64,000 nt of DNA from contig OZ316897.1 in the NCBI GenBank assembly GCA_973895155.1, forward strand, positions 4,791,976 through 4,855,975, given 5' to 3'. Position 1 is the first letter of the stretch; each line of letters begins with the position of its first letter. The position numbers and the translations under genes are program-made. Positions 38,359 to 48,958 of this stretch are shown here, one piece after another. A model generated the notes under the pieces. It had not been told where the DNA came from. It ran no database searches and was given only the letters and a program-made list of their open reading frames with translations. This DNA comes from Marsupella aquatica. Taxonomy: Eukaryota; Plantae; Marchantiophyta.

Positions 38359-40580
38359 AAAGCCCCTGAACCCTTAACCAAGTAGTCAAACCTCATTGTG
38401 GGCGCCCATGTGGTCTCTTGTGACATGTCCATTTCAAAATTCCGGGCCAATGGTTGTGCCAGATCCAAACCTAAACAAATACAAGGTCCATTTGTGTTTG
38501 TTGTGAAACTATTACAATTTATAATTTGTCTCGGGAACTCAGGGCCAAAGAGAATTCAAATTTAACGTACCAAATAAGAATGAGGAACTTTAAACCAACC
38601 ATACTTTAAATTTCTTAGTTATTCTTTTTGAGTTTTCACTATGTTTATTTAGTTCTACTCGGGTACATTAGTATTCAAAGGCGCATTAAGAGAGTTTTGG
38701 CCATTATTTGCTGTGGGTCAAAAGCCCGTTTGGGTTGAGAGTTTTTATGTTGCAAATTGGGGTTGCTCAAGCTTTTGTTGAGATTTAACCATGTACTAAT
38801 TATTGAAAAATGGTATAGTTAGCTAGGGGCACTATAAACCAACCATACTTTAAGTTAGTGGGTTCTTCTTATTGTGTTTTAACCATTCTTTGTAAGAGAG
38901 AGGCAGGTGGGTTTCGGGCACCTAGTCGGATTCCTTTGCTTAACCCTCCTATGCAGTTTACGACTGAGCTTGACCAGGCTCTTCAGTATGTTGATAGGTA
39001 GGGTTTGGTTTTTGTGTGTCCTCTTATGCGGGAAACCCTGCCTGCTGTTAACCCTAAACTGATAAATGTTTTGGCCTTTTTTGTGTTCTCCCTTGATTGG
39101 GTTTTTGGCCTGTGGAATCTTGTCTCCCAGTTGGGCGCCTTCTGCTTTTGGCAGTTTGATATAAAAAATTAGTGCTATTAGCATATGTTGATATCCAAAG
39201 TATTTCAACCTTGCACATTTTCAGCTGTTGAAAGAAGCAAAAATTATTGGTGACAAAATGTAAAAGATTAAGGTCCGGATTAAGGTCCAAGACAGTCCAT
39301 TATTGATCAAAATGTTGTATCAAACTATTCCCAGATGGATAATACATGATTAATATTTTGGATGAAGCTAGGAACTTGCAAATGACACTGTTCAAGTCTT
39401 GTCTTGATCATTTCATTGATGGTCTCTTTTCTACTTGGCGAACCCTTTGTTTTCATGGACCTGGGGGAGAATGTAAAAGTAGATTAAGAGTCCAGGCATT
39501 ATTGTAAGTGTCCGTTATTGCATTGTAAGTGTCCATTATTGTAAATGTCCATTATTGTAAGTAGATAATTTGTGAGTGACTGTGGGAACTAAGCAAGGAG
39601 ATAGCACTAGTCTAAACCCTAAAGCCCCTGATTCAAACCTTAACCTGGGGTTAGCCTTAGTCAAACCTCATTGTGGGCCCATGTGTGGGCCCTTGGGGCA
39701 TGTCCATTTCAAAGTTCCGGGCCAATGGTTATGCCAGACCCAAACCTAAACAAATACAACTATGTGTGTTTTTTGTGAAACTACTACAATTTATAGTTTG
39801 TCCCGAGAACTCAGGGTCAAAGAGAATTCAAATTTAACGTGCCAAATAAGAAGGAGGAACTTTAAACCAACCATACTTTAAATTTCTTAGTTATTCTTTT
39901 TGAGTTTTCACTATGTTTATTTGGTTCTACTCGGGTACATTAGTATTCAAAGGTGCATTAAGAGAGTTTTTGGCCATTATTTGTTGTGGGTCAAAAGCCC
40001 GTTTGGGTTGAGAGTTTTTAAGGTGCAAATTGGGGTTGCTCAAGCTTTTGTTGAGATTCAACCATGTACTAATTATTGAAAAATGGTATAGTTAGCTAGG
40101 GGCACTATAAACCAACCATACTTTAAGTTAGTGGGTTCTTCTTATTGAGTTCTAACCATTCTTTGTAGGGGAGATGCAGGTGGGTTTCGAGCAACTAGTC
40201 GGATTCCCTTTCCTCCTATGCAGTTTACTCGTGAGCTTGACCAGGCTCTTCAGTATGCGGATAGGTAGAATTTGGTTTTTGTGTCTCCTCTTGTGCGGGA
40301 AACCCTGCCTGGTGTTAACCCTAAACTGATAAATGTTTTGGCCTTTTTTGTGTTCTCCCTTGATTGGGTTTTTGGCCTGTGGGATCGTGTCTCCCAGTTG
40401 GGCGCCTTCTGCTTTTGGCAGTTTGATGTAAAAATAAATTAGGGTGTGTTCATGGACCTGGGGGACCATGTAAAAGTAGATTAAGGGTCCATTATTGTAA
40501 GTGTCCATTATTGTAAGTAGATACTCTAATAATTTGTGAATGTGGAAAGCAAGGAGATAGCACTAGTCTACACCCTAAAC
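38351..40580 (+). repeat. ~1.26-kb-period duplication (38351-39612 vs 39613-40580, second copy internally deleted)
   Basis: aaaccctaaagcccctga..caaacctcattgtgggc at both starts; paralogous ORFs 38879-39208 and 40152-40508. Confidence 0.9.
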
Positions 40581-40768
40581 CCTTTTGATGGCTTTGATTA
40601 AAGCTGCTGTTGCATACCGTGAAGCTGGTAGAAAACAATTGAAGTCTTTTTCAAAACAAGTACTGTATAAAAATGGTAATTATGCAACAGCAGCTTTCGG
40701 CGAAGCAGGTTTAAGCAACACAGTCAAAAGGGTATGCAATAGCAGCTTTAATCAAAGCCATCAAAAGG
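40581..40768. repeat. 38-bp inverted repeat (foldback or MITE-like)
   Basis: 40581-40618 vs 40731-40768, 1 mismatch; third partial arm at 40681-40697. Confidence 0.88.
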
Positions 40769-41364
40769 ATAATTATGTAAGAGCAATGCCATGCCTAACG
40801 GCAAAAAAATGGAGTACAAGAGCAAGTCCCAGAGCAAGTTAGGATGGGAAACTTTCCAGCCATTGAGATCCTTACCTCAAACTCCCTAGTAGAATAATCA
40901 CAACTGAAGATACTTAGTTGAATCCGGGGTTGAATCCTGATATGTCTAGTTAATCTGTACTAGAAATTGAGAACTCCAAGTTGTGTTGAATCAAATGGTT
41001 ATACCTTGGTTCTTCAGCTGACCATAAACAATACGTTTGAAGACCATCGCATAGGAACCATCTACCACCCCTACAGAACCAAAATACATTAAGTTGTTAG
41101 ATGAACTACTGCATTTTGATAAACCTTAAAAAGAACCTAGCTTTCTTATAATGTGACAAGCATACTACGGCTTAGAGAACAAATTTCTAACCACAACACT
41201 TCAAAATCCAGAATTAGACTCCTGGACCAACATGAAAAGATCTCACTGGACGATCAATCTGTTAGGTAGAGACATAACTATTATCTCCAAGTTTCCCCAC
41301 AAGTTCCACATAGTGATTAAGTCTTTACTTTGTTACTCTACTATATAGGTTTTGACTCTCTGTT

Positions 41365-44300
41365 TTGGCTTTTTGTACGTATGTGGTGTTGTGTTTGCAA
41401 ATTGTTGTTGTGTTTGAATTGCGGAAGTCTTTGGAAAAAACTGATGGAAGCCCAAAAAAAAGGAAAGCCAAAGTTAGAAAGGGTGTCACGGGAGTGAATT
41501 CCATCACTAATTTTCGTGGGAGGAAGATGACATTGAAATCCACCATCACCGATACTGTTGTCCGAGTTGAACAAAAAGATATGAAGCACTGGGGAGTGGT
41601 GCTTGATAAGAATGTTCTTCAGATGTGCGTCGCTTCTGAAGAGGGGACTTTGGTATTGTCAGACTCTCGAATTCTCAGTTGTGTTTATGAGAAAAATGTC
41701 AAACCTGAAAGACTGTCAAGAGGCTTTGGTCCTTCTGGTCGAGGAGGATACCGTCGATGAATCACAAAACAATAGGATTTGCTATTGTTTCTCCAGAGAG
41801 GTATTTGGGATGTTTGACCAAACATACATTGAGGCAAATTGCAGATTATCTCCGGAGGCATTCTCAACCATTTTGGATCCCACATTCCCAAAGGTTTCTA
41901 CACTCATAAATGGCCCAAGCATCGAGAGGTACATGTTATCCATCTTGGCATGGGCAAAATGCACCTTCCCGGAAACATTTCGTGTTGGAAAGAAGGAGGA
42001 ACTTGAGAAGCAATCCAAGTTTGAAACAGGAGAACTTCCAAAAGTGATCACTGGAGAAAACATTGGAGATCTTTGCAAGAGTTTCAATGGTGTTTATAAA
42101 AAAGCAAACATCTTTGATAGTAGAGTTTTCAATGTTGAAAATTCGAAATGCCACATTGCACCCAATGTTGTAAAATGTAGAGGACATGACCCTGATTACT
42201 CAAGGGACCTTGCCAACTCGATGAAATTTCAGTCGTTGGTAAATTTTGAGAAGCGGGTTTGTTTCCTCATCCCAGTGCTTTGGGATGAGAGCAGGAGCAC
42301 TGAAGTTGGCTATTGTGGGACTCCATTGTCACACCCACCGATCCTTGATCAAATTGACAATTATCATTTTTGGATAATTGGAGGCCAGCACACAGTAATA
42401 GCTTACCGATTACTTTTGAATGATGAATCAGTGGATGCTGCTATTCATAAAAAATGCCTTACAATTGATGCCGTGATGTTTTGGGCACCATATGATTTGG
42501 CTGGGAACCTGGTAATGATGGGATTATCAAAGACATTGAATCATGTCCATCACACAGCGATGGATGAATCCCAATTTTTCTTGATTTCAAGATAGGTCAG
42601 AGATATTTGGAAAAGTTATGGATGTCCTCCTTCAGAGACAAACAGCACCAAAGATTCAAAATGGAAGGTAAGAGTCATATATTTCATAAGTTTATTTTTA
42701 TTCTTGTTTAACTTCTGCTAGTGCATCTGAATGCAATAGAATGTGAAAAGTATAACAGTGTGAACCATGGTTCGTATCCACCTAATGATTTTAGTTGTGT
42801 GTGAACAACACTTCTCAAAAGCAGCAATGATCGTCATCCCTTGGGCTAAAGAGGAGAATGGAAATTTTAATTTGGGTGAACTTGGACCTTTCATCTTAAA
42901 TATGACAGATTCCACCTTCAACTTGTGGATGAAAGTTTACGAGATGTCAAGAGAAGGAAAATTGGTTGCTTTCAATGGGTTCTTATAGAGAGATGTTATT
43001 AAGAAAGATTCTGCTCGAGGAGCTTGGGAGGTGGCACGAAGAACATTTCGGGATTTTCTTGGTGTTGAAGATGCAGTGTTGATGAAGATTGCAAGGTATC
43101 TTCTTACCAATAAGAAGATCTCACTAATGAAGCAACGAAGTAGCGGAATTGCAAAGAAGATAGATGCAGTTCCTATCGAAGAAGATTTCATTGCTCTTGA
43201 TGAGTATTGCGTTCAAAAGAAGCAGGATAAGGAGTTTGAGATACTGCTTTTGAAATATCTTGCAAAAGATAATATGCCTAAGGGGAAACTACGAGCGTTG
43301 CCCATGGAGCAGAGAATCGAGAAGGTGAATGCAATGCGAGCTTTTTTTAAGCTTACTCCAGATAAAGTTGAAAAACTTCGAACTACGCTTGGACCTGCAG
43401 TAATCCCAAAATCATTAACGAAGAACACTGGAAATGACGAGTTGAAAAATCTTATGCCTGGAGTTTTTAAGAGTTTGATATGGTCAATCAGGGCTTCAAT
43501 GGATGGAAAAGGTAATCCGGTGGTTGTGAAACTTGACTCAAAACTTAGGTTTTGTTCAAATGAGGGATTTTGAACTCCTGCATTTTTTCGTCCAATCATC
43601 TTGGAATTGAAAGAAATGGCAACATTCATATTCTTGGATGCTACCATGATACCTGGAATAAGTCCCATGACACGGAAGACATATGAAGCATTCTTTGATG
43701 CAAGTTCTATGATTGGGTCCAAACCATCTCATGTCGTGGTAGTGATATCATCTGCGATCGACTCTTTCTTTGTGATGAGTGCCATTTCAGCACACCCACA
43801 TTATGTTGCATTCACAACACAATACTGGACACAATCCCGACCGTCATCTTCTACATCGACAATTTATGATGTCAATTGTCTTTTTGTAACTTATGCATTC
43901 TTCAAAGTGTCATTCACTGAAGAATGTGAGGCAGATGAGATTTCTGGAAAATTTTTGTTAAGCTTTAAGAAAGCAGGATGTTTGGAGAATTATGAAGAGA
44001 CAACAGAAGATGTTGCAGAGCAGACTCAGCTTGGGGAGAAAAGCAAGAGTTTCTATGATAACTTGACTTCTCAACTTGTCTCATTTGACAAGTTTTCTGT
44101 CTGTTTTGGAGATGGCCGACATTTGATCCACTCCCTTTTGGTATGAGTTTTTAAACCCCAAACCTTACAGTTGAAAGTTCATTTAATTATTCAACTATAT
44201 TGAAATCCCAAGTATTAAAACTCTCATGGTTTTGCAGAACTTGGGAGCTCGGGTACATTCATATTGTGACGAGTCTAATCACGAAGGACTTACGCAGTTC

Positions 44301-46853
44301 TTTTCTTCCACAAACAAGTTTAATCATGATCAGCCTGAAGAAGCATCATGTGAACTTTGAAGTATTTTAGAGAAAAATATTGCCAGATTGATGAAGTATA
44401 ATTTGGCCAAGAAGAATATGAGAGAGGACATTATTGAGCTTTGCAAAGATACCTTACACCTTGGTGAAAGTAGTATTGCTCGTGTGATCAAGGAATATGG
44501 ATTGGGCGACATTCCTGAATCAGATGACAAAGTCTACGAAATGCCAACCAATGTTCCTACTGATCCACTTGGAGGTTAATATGACTACCATTTGTTATAA
44601 ACTACCATATTCAATAGCTAATGATGAATTAAGTAGCCAAACTTGTCATATGCCAGATATGAATCATGAATTATAAATCGATGTTCTCAAGAGAATGATG
44701 TACATGATTTGATATAGAATGATTGATTGATGAAAATATTAGAATGAACCATGGTTGGAACAAGTTGGATGTGTGAAGTTAGATAAATTTATCAAGACAA
44801 TATAGAACCTATTATTTGGTATAGTCCAAACATTTCAAATGGATAATAATTCCAACTAGAGTTGAAGCAAATACTAATACGAACTGAACAACCCAATCAT
44901 AGTTTTAACTTGTCAAATGAATCGCTTAAATTCTATAAATAGATTAACTTACTCTGGAATTTTGTGAAAAATTAGATTAGTACTTAACATAATATAGAAA
45001 ACACTTGTCTAATACATCATGTAGTCATTGAAATTAGGCAAAGCAAACTAATAGCAATATTTAATAAATAAAAATAATTGGAAGTTTATTGGTTCACCAT
45101 ATTTATCTATTGTTTGTTGTTTTGGTTGTAGGAGATAAAACCAATTCTATTGAGGACGAGAACAAGGATGAGGACGAAGAGGATAACATTGATTCCCCGA
45201 ATGCTTGGCAGCCACTAAAGTTGGATCACGTGGAATCACCAAATGATTCAATGGAAATTCTTGACTCGTTCAGGGCTTTCCAAACCAAACCAGAGCTCAA
45301 TGTCGAGGAACAAGGAGTTTCAATGACCAAAGGAAGATGCCCTACCTCAAATCTAAATGCAAAGAATGTTAAAAATATCCAATCAAATTGTAGCCGTGCT
45401 GGGGTGCAAGAATCAAATCAAAGAAACAAAAATGAAGTGGCATTTGATGAAACCAAAAGTAAAAATGAGCGAAGAATGATTGTCCGCAAATTTGTGTGGG
45501 AAAATTATATTCCTGATCAGGAAACCAGTTGCCCAGATCACATTTCTACAATAGATTGGGATGAGTTCTTTCGAAGCGAAGCTCAATTTCATGGGTGGAA
45601 AGCAAGAGCATATTGGCATGAAGCTTTGACTCATCGCTCCGGTTTGGAAACCCCTGAAAAATCACTAATTTACAAGATAATGTCTATTATGCAACAGAAG
45701 TATGTGAAATGGTTGGAGATCCTTCTATTGATGTTTTTGCCATTCAAAGTGAACCTAAAAGCACTATTAACAAATGGACTTGGATGAAGGAGTATCAACT
45801 AATCTCCAACCCTATCACTAACTCTATAGATACACCCGTGTCTAATCTTAATGATGCTACACTAGATACATGTGCAGTTTATCAAAGTGATTATGAACAA
45901 GCAATCATCCAAGATTTGGGTGTGAAGAGAGATGATTCTTTCATTCCAAACAAGGAACAATAAGAGACAATGCTTTGGTCGTGAATCCAATGGTGGAGCA
46001 GATGAATCCTTTACTGGTTGAAACTAACATTTTGGGCACGTCTCCCATATCGACAGAGCCAATAAATGTTGATGGTGATCCAGTGGAGAAGAAAATGGAT
46101 CCTTCAATGGTTGAATCTAACATTTTGGACGTGCCTCCCACATCGACAGAGTCAAGAAATGCTAACAACAACCTAGCAAGGGAGCAGATGGATCCTCTAG
46201 TGGTTGAGACTAACATTTTGGATGTGCGTCCCACATCAACAGAGCCAATAAATGCTAACAATAACCTAGCAAGGGAGCAGATGGATCCTCTAGTGGTTGA
46301 GGCTAATATTTTGGATGAGCCTTTCACATTGACAAAGCCAAGAAATGTTGACAGCAACCTAGCAAGGGAGAAAATGGATCCTCTAGAGACAAGAAATGTT
46401 GAAATCAATGCACAAGTGGATCCTGTTATGATTTTGGCCGAAAAACCAAAGGTGTCTCACACATCGATGGACCCTAAAACAAATGAGAGTGATTTGTTGG
46501 TAGATAGTGAAGAACATCCTTGGATCCAACAAGCCACTAACCTTGAAGATCAAGACATACCGGAGGTGGGAAAAATTGCGCCTTGGGAAGAGGAAGCATC
46601 TGCTGCAGCCTATGCTGATGGATTGAATGAATTACCACCTCCTTTTTTGGGGATCCCATTAGTTTCAACTTCTCATGGAGATTGTTCACAAACGACTCCA
46701 GCAACAAGAATGGAGCTTCCTAAGACTGGTTCCAAGGTCATTCCAGGTCGTGCCACTCGACGGGATTCAAAGAGACCCTCGGTGATAGAAAAAGTTACTA
46801 TGCTGCCAAAGGTGAAGAAGACACCTCAGCAGATTTTGCGCAACAAGAAGTAA
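41365..46853 (+). pseudogene. Sola cargo gene: ParB-like domain, degenerate amino-MTase-like region, 31-aa repeats; multi-exon
   Basis: FWIIGGQHTVIAY (ParB GxxH(R)-type motif); FIFLD...; EKSKSFYDNL...VCFGDG. GT-AG introns at ~42668-42820, 44141-44237, 44576-45130. Confidence 0.6.
45990..46400 (+). repeat. 93-bp (31-aa) coding tandem repeat, ~4.5 units
   Basis: REQMDPLVVETNILDVxPTSTEPxNANNNLA units. Confidence 0.9.
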
Positions 46854-46923
46854 TGATTTTATTTTGACTATACTTAAAATGTATAATGTTTTTCATAGTG
46901 CTATAAATTGTTTGATTGTTTAG

Positions 46924-47757
46924 GTGCAATCTGAGCCCAAACCAGCAAATTGGTCATTATGGATGTGAATAGTGTATAGTATCAAGGAAACTTACCCATT
47001 ATGGTTGCAAAAGTCATTGCAACAAGATTGGAGGGAACACTTCCAAATATGGATCAATACTCAGTATATTCGTGATCATGGAGATAGAAATCATTCAAGG
47101 AGATTCCATGTGTTTAATAATCAGGGTACATTTTGGACTACTTATCACACTTATTTGTAGAATGAACCATGGTGCATAGTTAATTTATGACATATTTTTG
47201 GGTACTATTCTAAATCTCATCTGTGTGTGTTGTGTACAGGTGAGAGTTGAAAAATTATTCAGGAAATTACTTGTCATAAGTATCAACAAGTTCCTCATTT
47301 ACACAACTGGGGTCTCTCGTCATTTGAAGAAGACATCATCTTTCCGAGACCATATGTACAAGAATTTCTTGAATTTTGCACTTCAACTTTTGATGTGGTT
47401 CTTTGGGCACTCACTGACACATGCGAACTGGCTAATCAAATGGATCCAATACTCACAGATAAAGCTTTGAGTTTTTCTGGTCTTAAGTATCTTACATCAA
47501 CTTTGATGGACATGAAACAGATCAATGATATTTATCCACAATATCAAAGACAAAATGTTATATTTTTAGAGTGTTATCCATCATTTGATAGTGTAAATCC
47601 AATGTATTCAAGGCTGTATCCCAAGCCGTATTATGGTAATTGTAAAGACAATTTTCTTAGAGGCACACTTATTCCATATTTACGTAATCTAGAAGATTCT
47701 GGTCAGACAGCGCATAAGTTTATTAAATATCACTATCCTACTTGGTCTGAAGTATGA
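46924..47757 (+). pseudogene. FCP1/NIF-like HAD phosphatase-fold domain, 3' exons of the Sola cargo gene
   Basis: SKLVIMDVNS (cf. KLLVLDxNG), FL.F...F.V.LW, NVIFLECYP...NP...YPKPY, LIPYLRNL. Intron ~47127-47240. Confidence 0.6.
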
Positions 47758-48958
47758 GACAGTATCAATAGAAATGTAGGAAAAGAAACCACAGCTTGTG
47801 TGGTGTAGTGTTTAGAATATATTCAAATGTATTCTTTTTGGATAATAAAAGTTACATTATTTACGTGAAAAATTGAAATGATTGATTACTGCATTATATA
47901 TTCATGAATGATTACTTGTAATGTTCATTTTACTTCATAATGTCGAATGCCAAAATGTCTACTTGTAGAGCAAAAATTCTATTCTTGAACTCAGTTTTGG
48001 CAGCACCCGATAATACTTGTAAATTTAGTCTTTATATTCATAGTGTCTGATGTGAAAATAGATACACATAGTATAAAACTTGTCATTTTGTAGAGATCTA
48101 CTAGTGTTAAATGAAAAAAATTTGGCTTAAGTTTCTTTTAGGCCCTTGGGACTTATTGAGTATTATAGCCAATATTAATTCTCAAATTCAGTAGATACCA
48201 ATTTAAATGAAAACTTTTTGTTTACTCACTATCAGTGTATTGCATTGAATATGCATTTCACCAACAAATTAGAATACGAACCATGGTTTATTGTATGTTT
48301 TGACACTTAATTTGGTTTACTTCTTTTTTTGTTTGGGGAGGGGGGGGGGGGAATAAAACCCGCAAAAACCCATGGGAAGGGGGGCCCAACAGGGCAACAA
48401 AGACAGAGGCAGCAAAATGCAAACCTATGAGACGGAGAGAGAGCCCCAATGAGCAAGGACAAAAAAAGATGCGGTCCATGCAAGCAAGGAAAGACACAAT
48501 CCAAAAGAAAAGTGTCCAAGCGTGTGACCCACCTAAGATGTTCCTGACTAACTAATTCTTTTACTCTAAGTAATCTAGTATGTTTTCTACCAAGACCCGA
48601 GGCTTTGCAGAGGCCATGCAAAGAGTCTAACATTTATGAAAGGAGTAGATTCAAGTTAAACACTCAATTTGGTTTACTTTGTTTAAATTGTTCCTATCAC
48701 ATGTGACTGAACTTGGATCCATCAGGTTTTTGCTGATGTCCTGGAGCATACCATACTTTCAAACTAGAGGAAAAGAGTTAATACAATGGGGGAAAATGGA
48801 AGTCTTGGACACTTCCCCCTTATATATGGCCCGTGGTGGTTTAAATTTATTTATTTATTTATTTAAATGAATTAAATAAATCAGTAATATCTTTGTAAAA
48901 CTTCATTTAAGCATTTCTGGAATTGAAAATTCCACTTTTAATTAAATAAGGGTTGTGG

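Larger units (their letters stand above)
36182..41310. mobile_element. Possible 5.1-kb solo LTR or other non-coding insertion within the Sola-like element
   Basis: TGTGAAAA...TTCCACA termini, flanks tagtt/tagtg (1 mismatch). The Sola AACCATGGTT motif is absent from this interval. Confidence 0.35.
30616..48954 (-). mobile_element. Sola-like DNA transposon, 18.3 kb, nested in the MULE cargo gene
   Basis: Imperfect ~23-bp TIRs aacccctatttagataaaactgg / rc aacccttatttaattaaaagtgg. 4-bp TSD GTGG (30612-30615 / 48955-48958). Removing it restores ...EGIAV-GMLQC in frame. Confidence 0.9.

Noticed and set aside
37440-38360. Telomere or interstitial telomeric array
   Set aside because: Only scattered, degenerate AAACCCT units in both orientations, not a tandem array.
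38879-40508. Paralogous ORFs 38879-39208 and 40152-40508 as genes
   Set aside because: They arise from a DNA duplication, have different starts and no recognisable domain.
48288-48633. ORFs around the poly-G tract near the Sola right end
   Set aside because: Low complexity, no motif, no supported gene structure.
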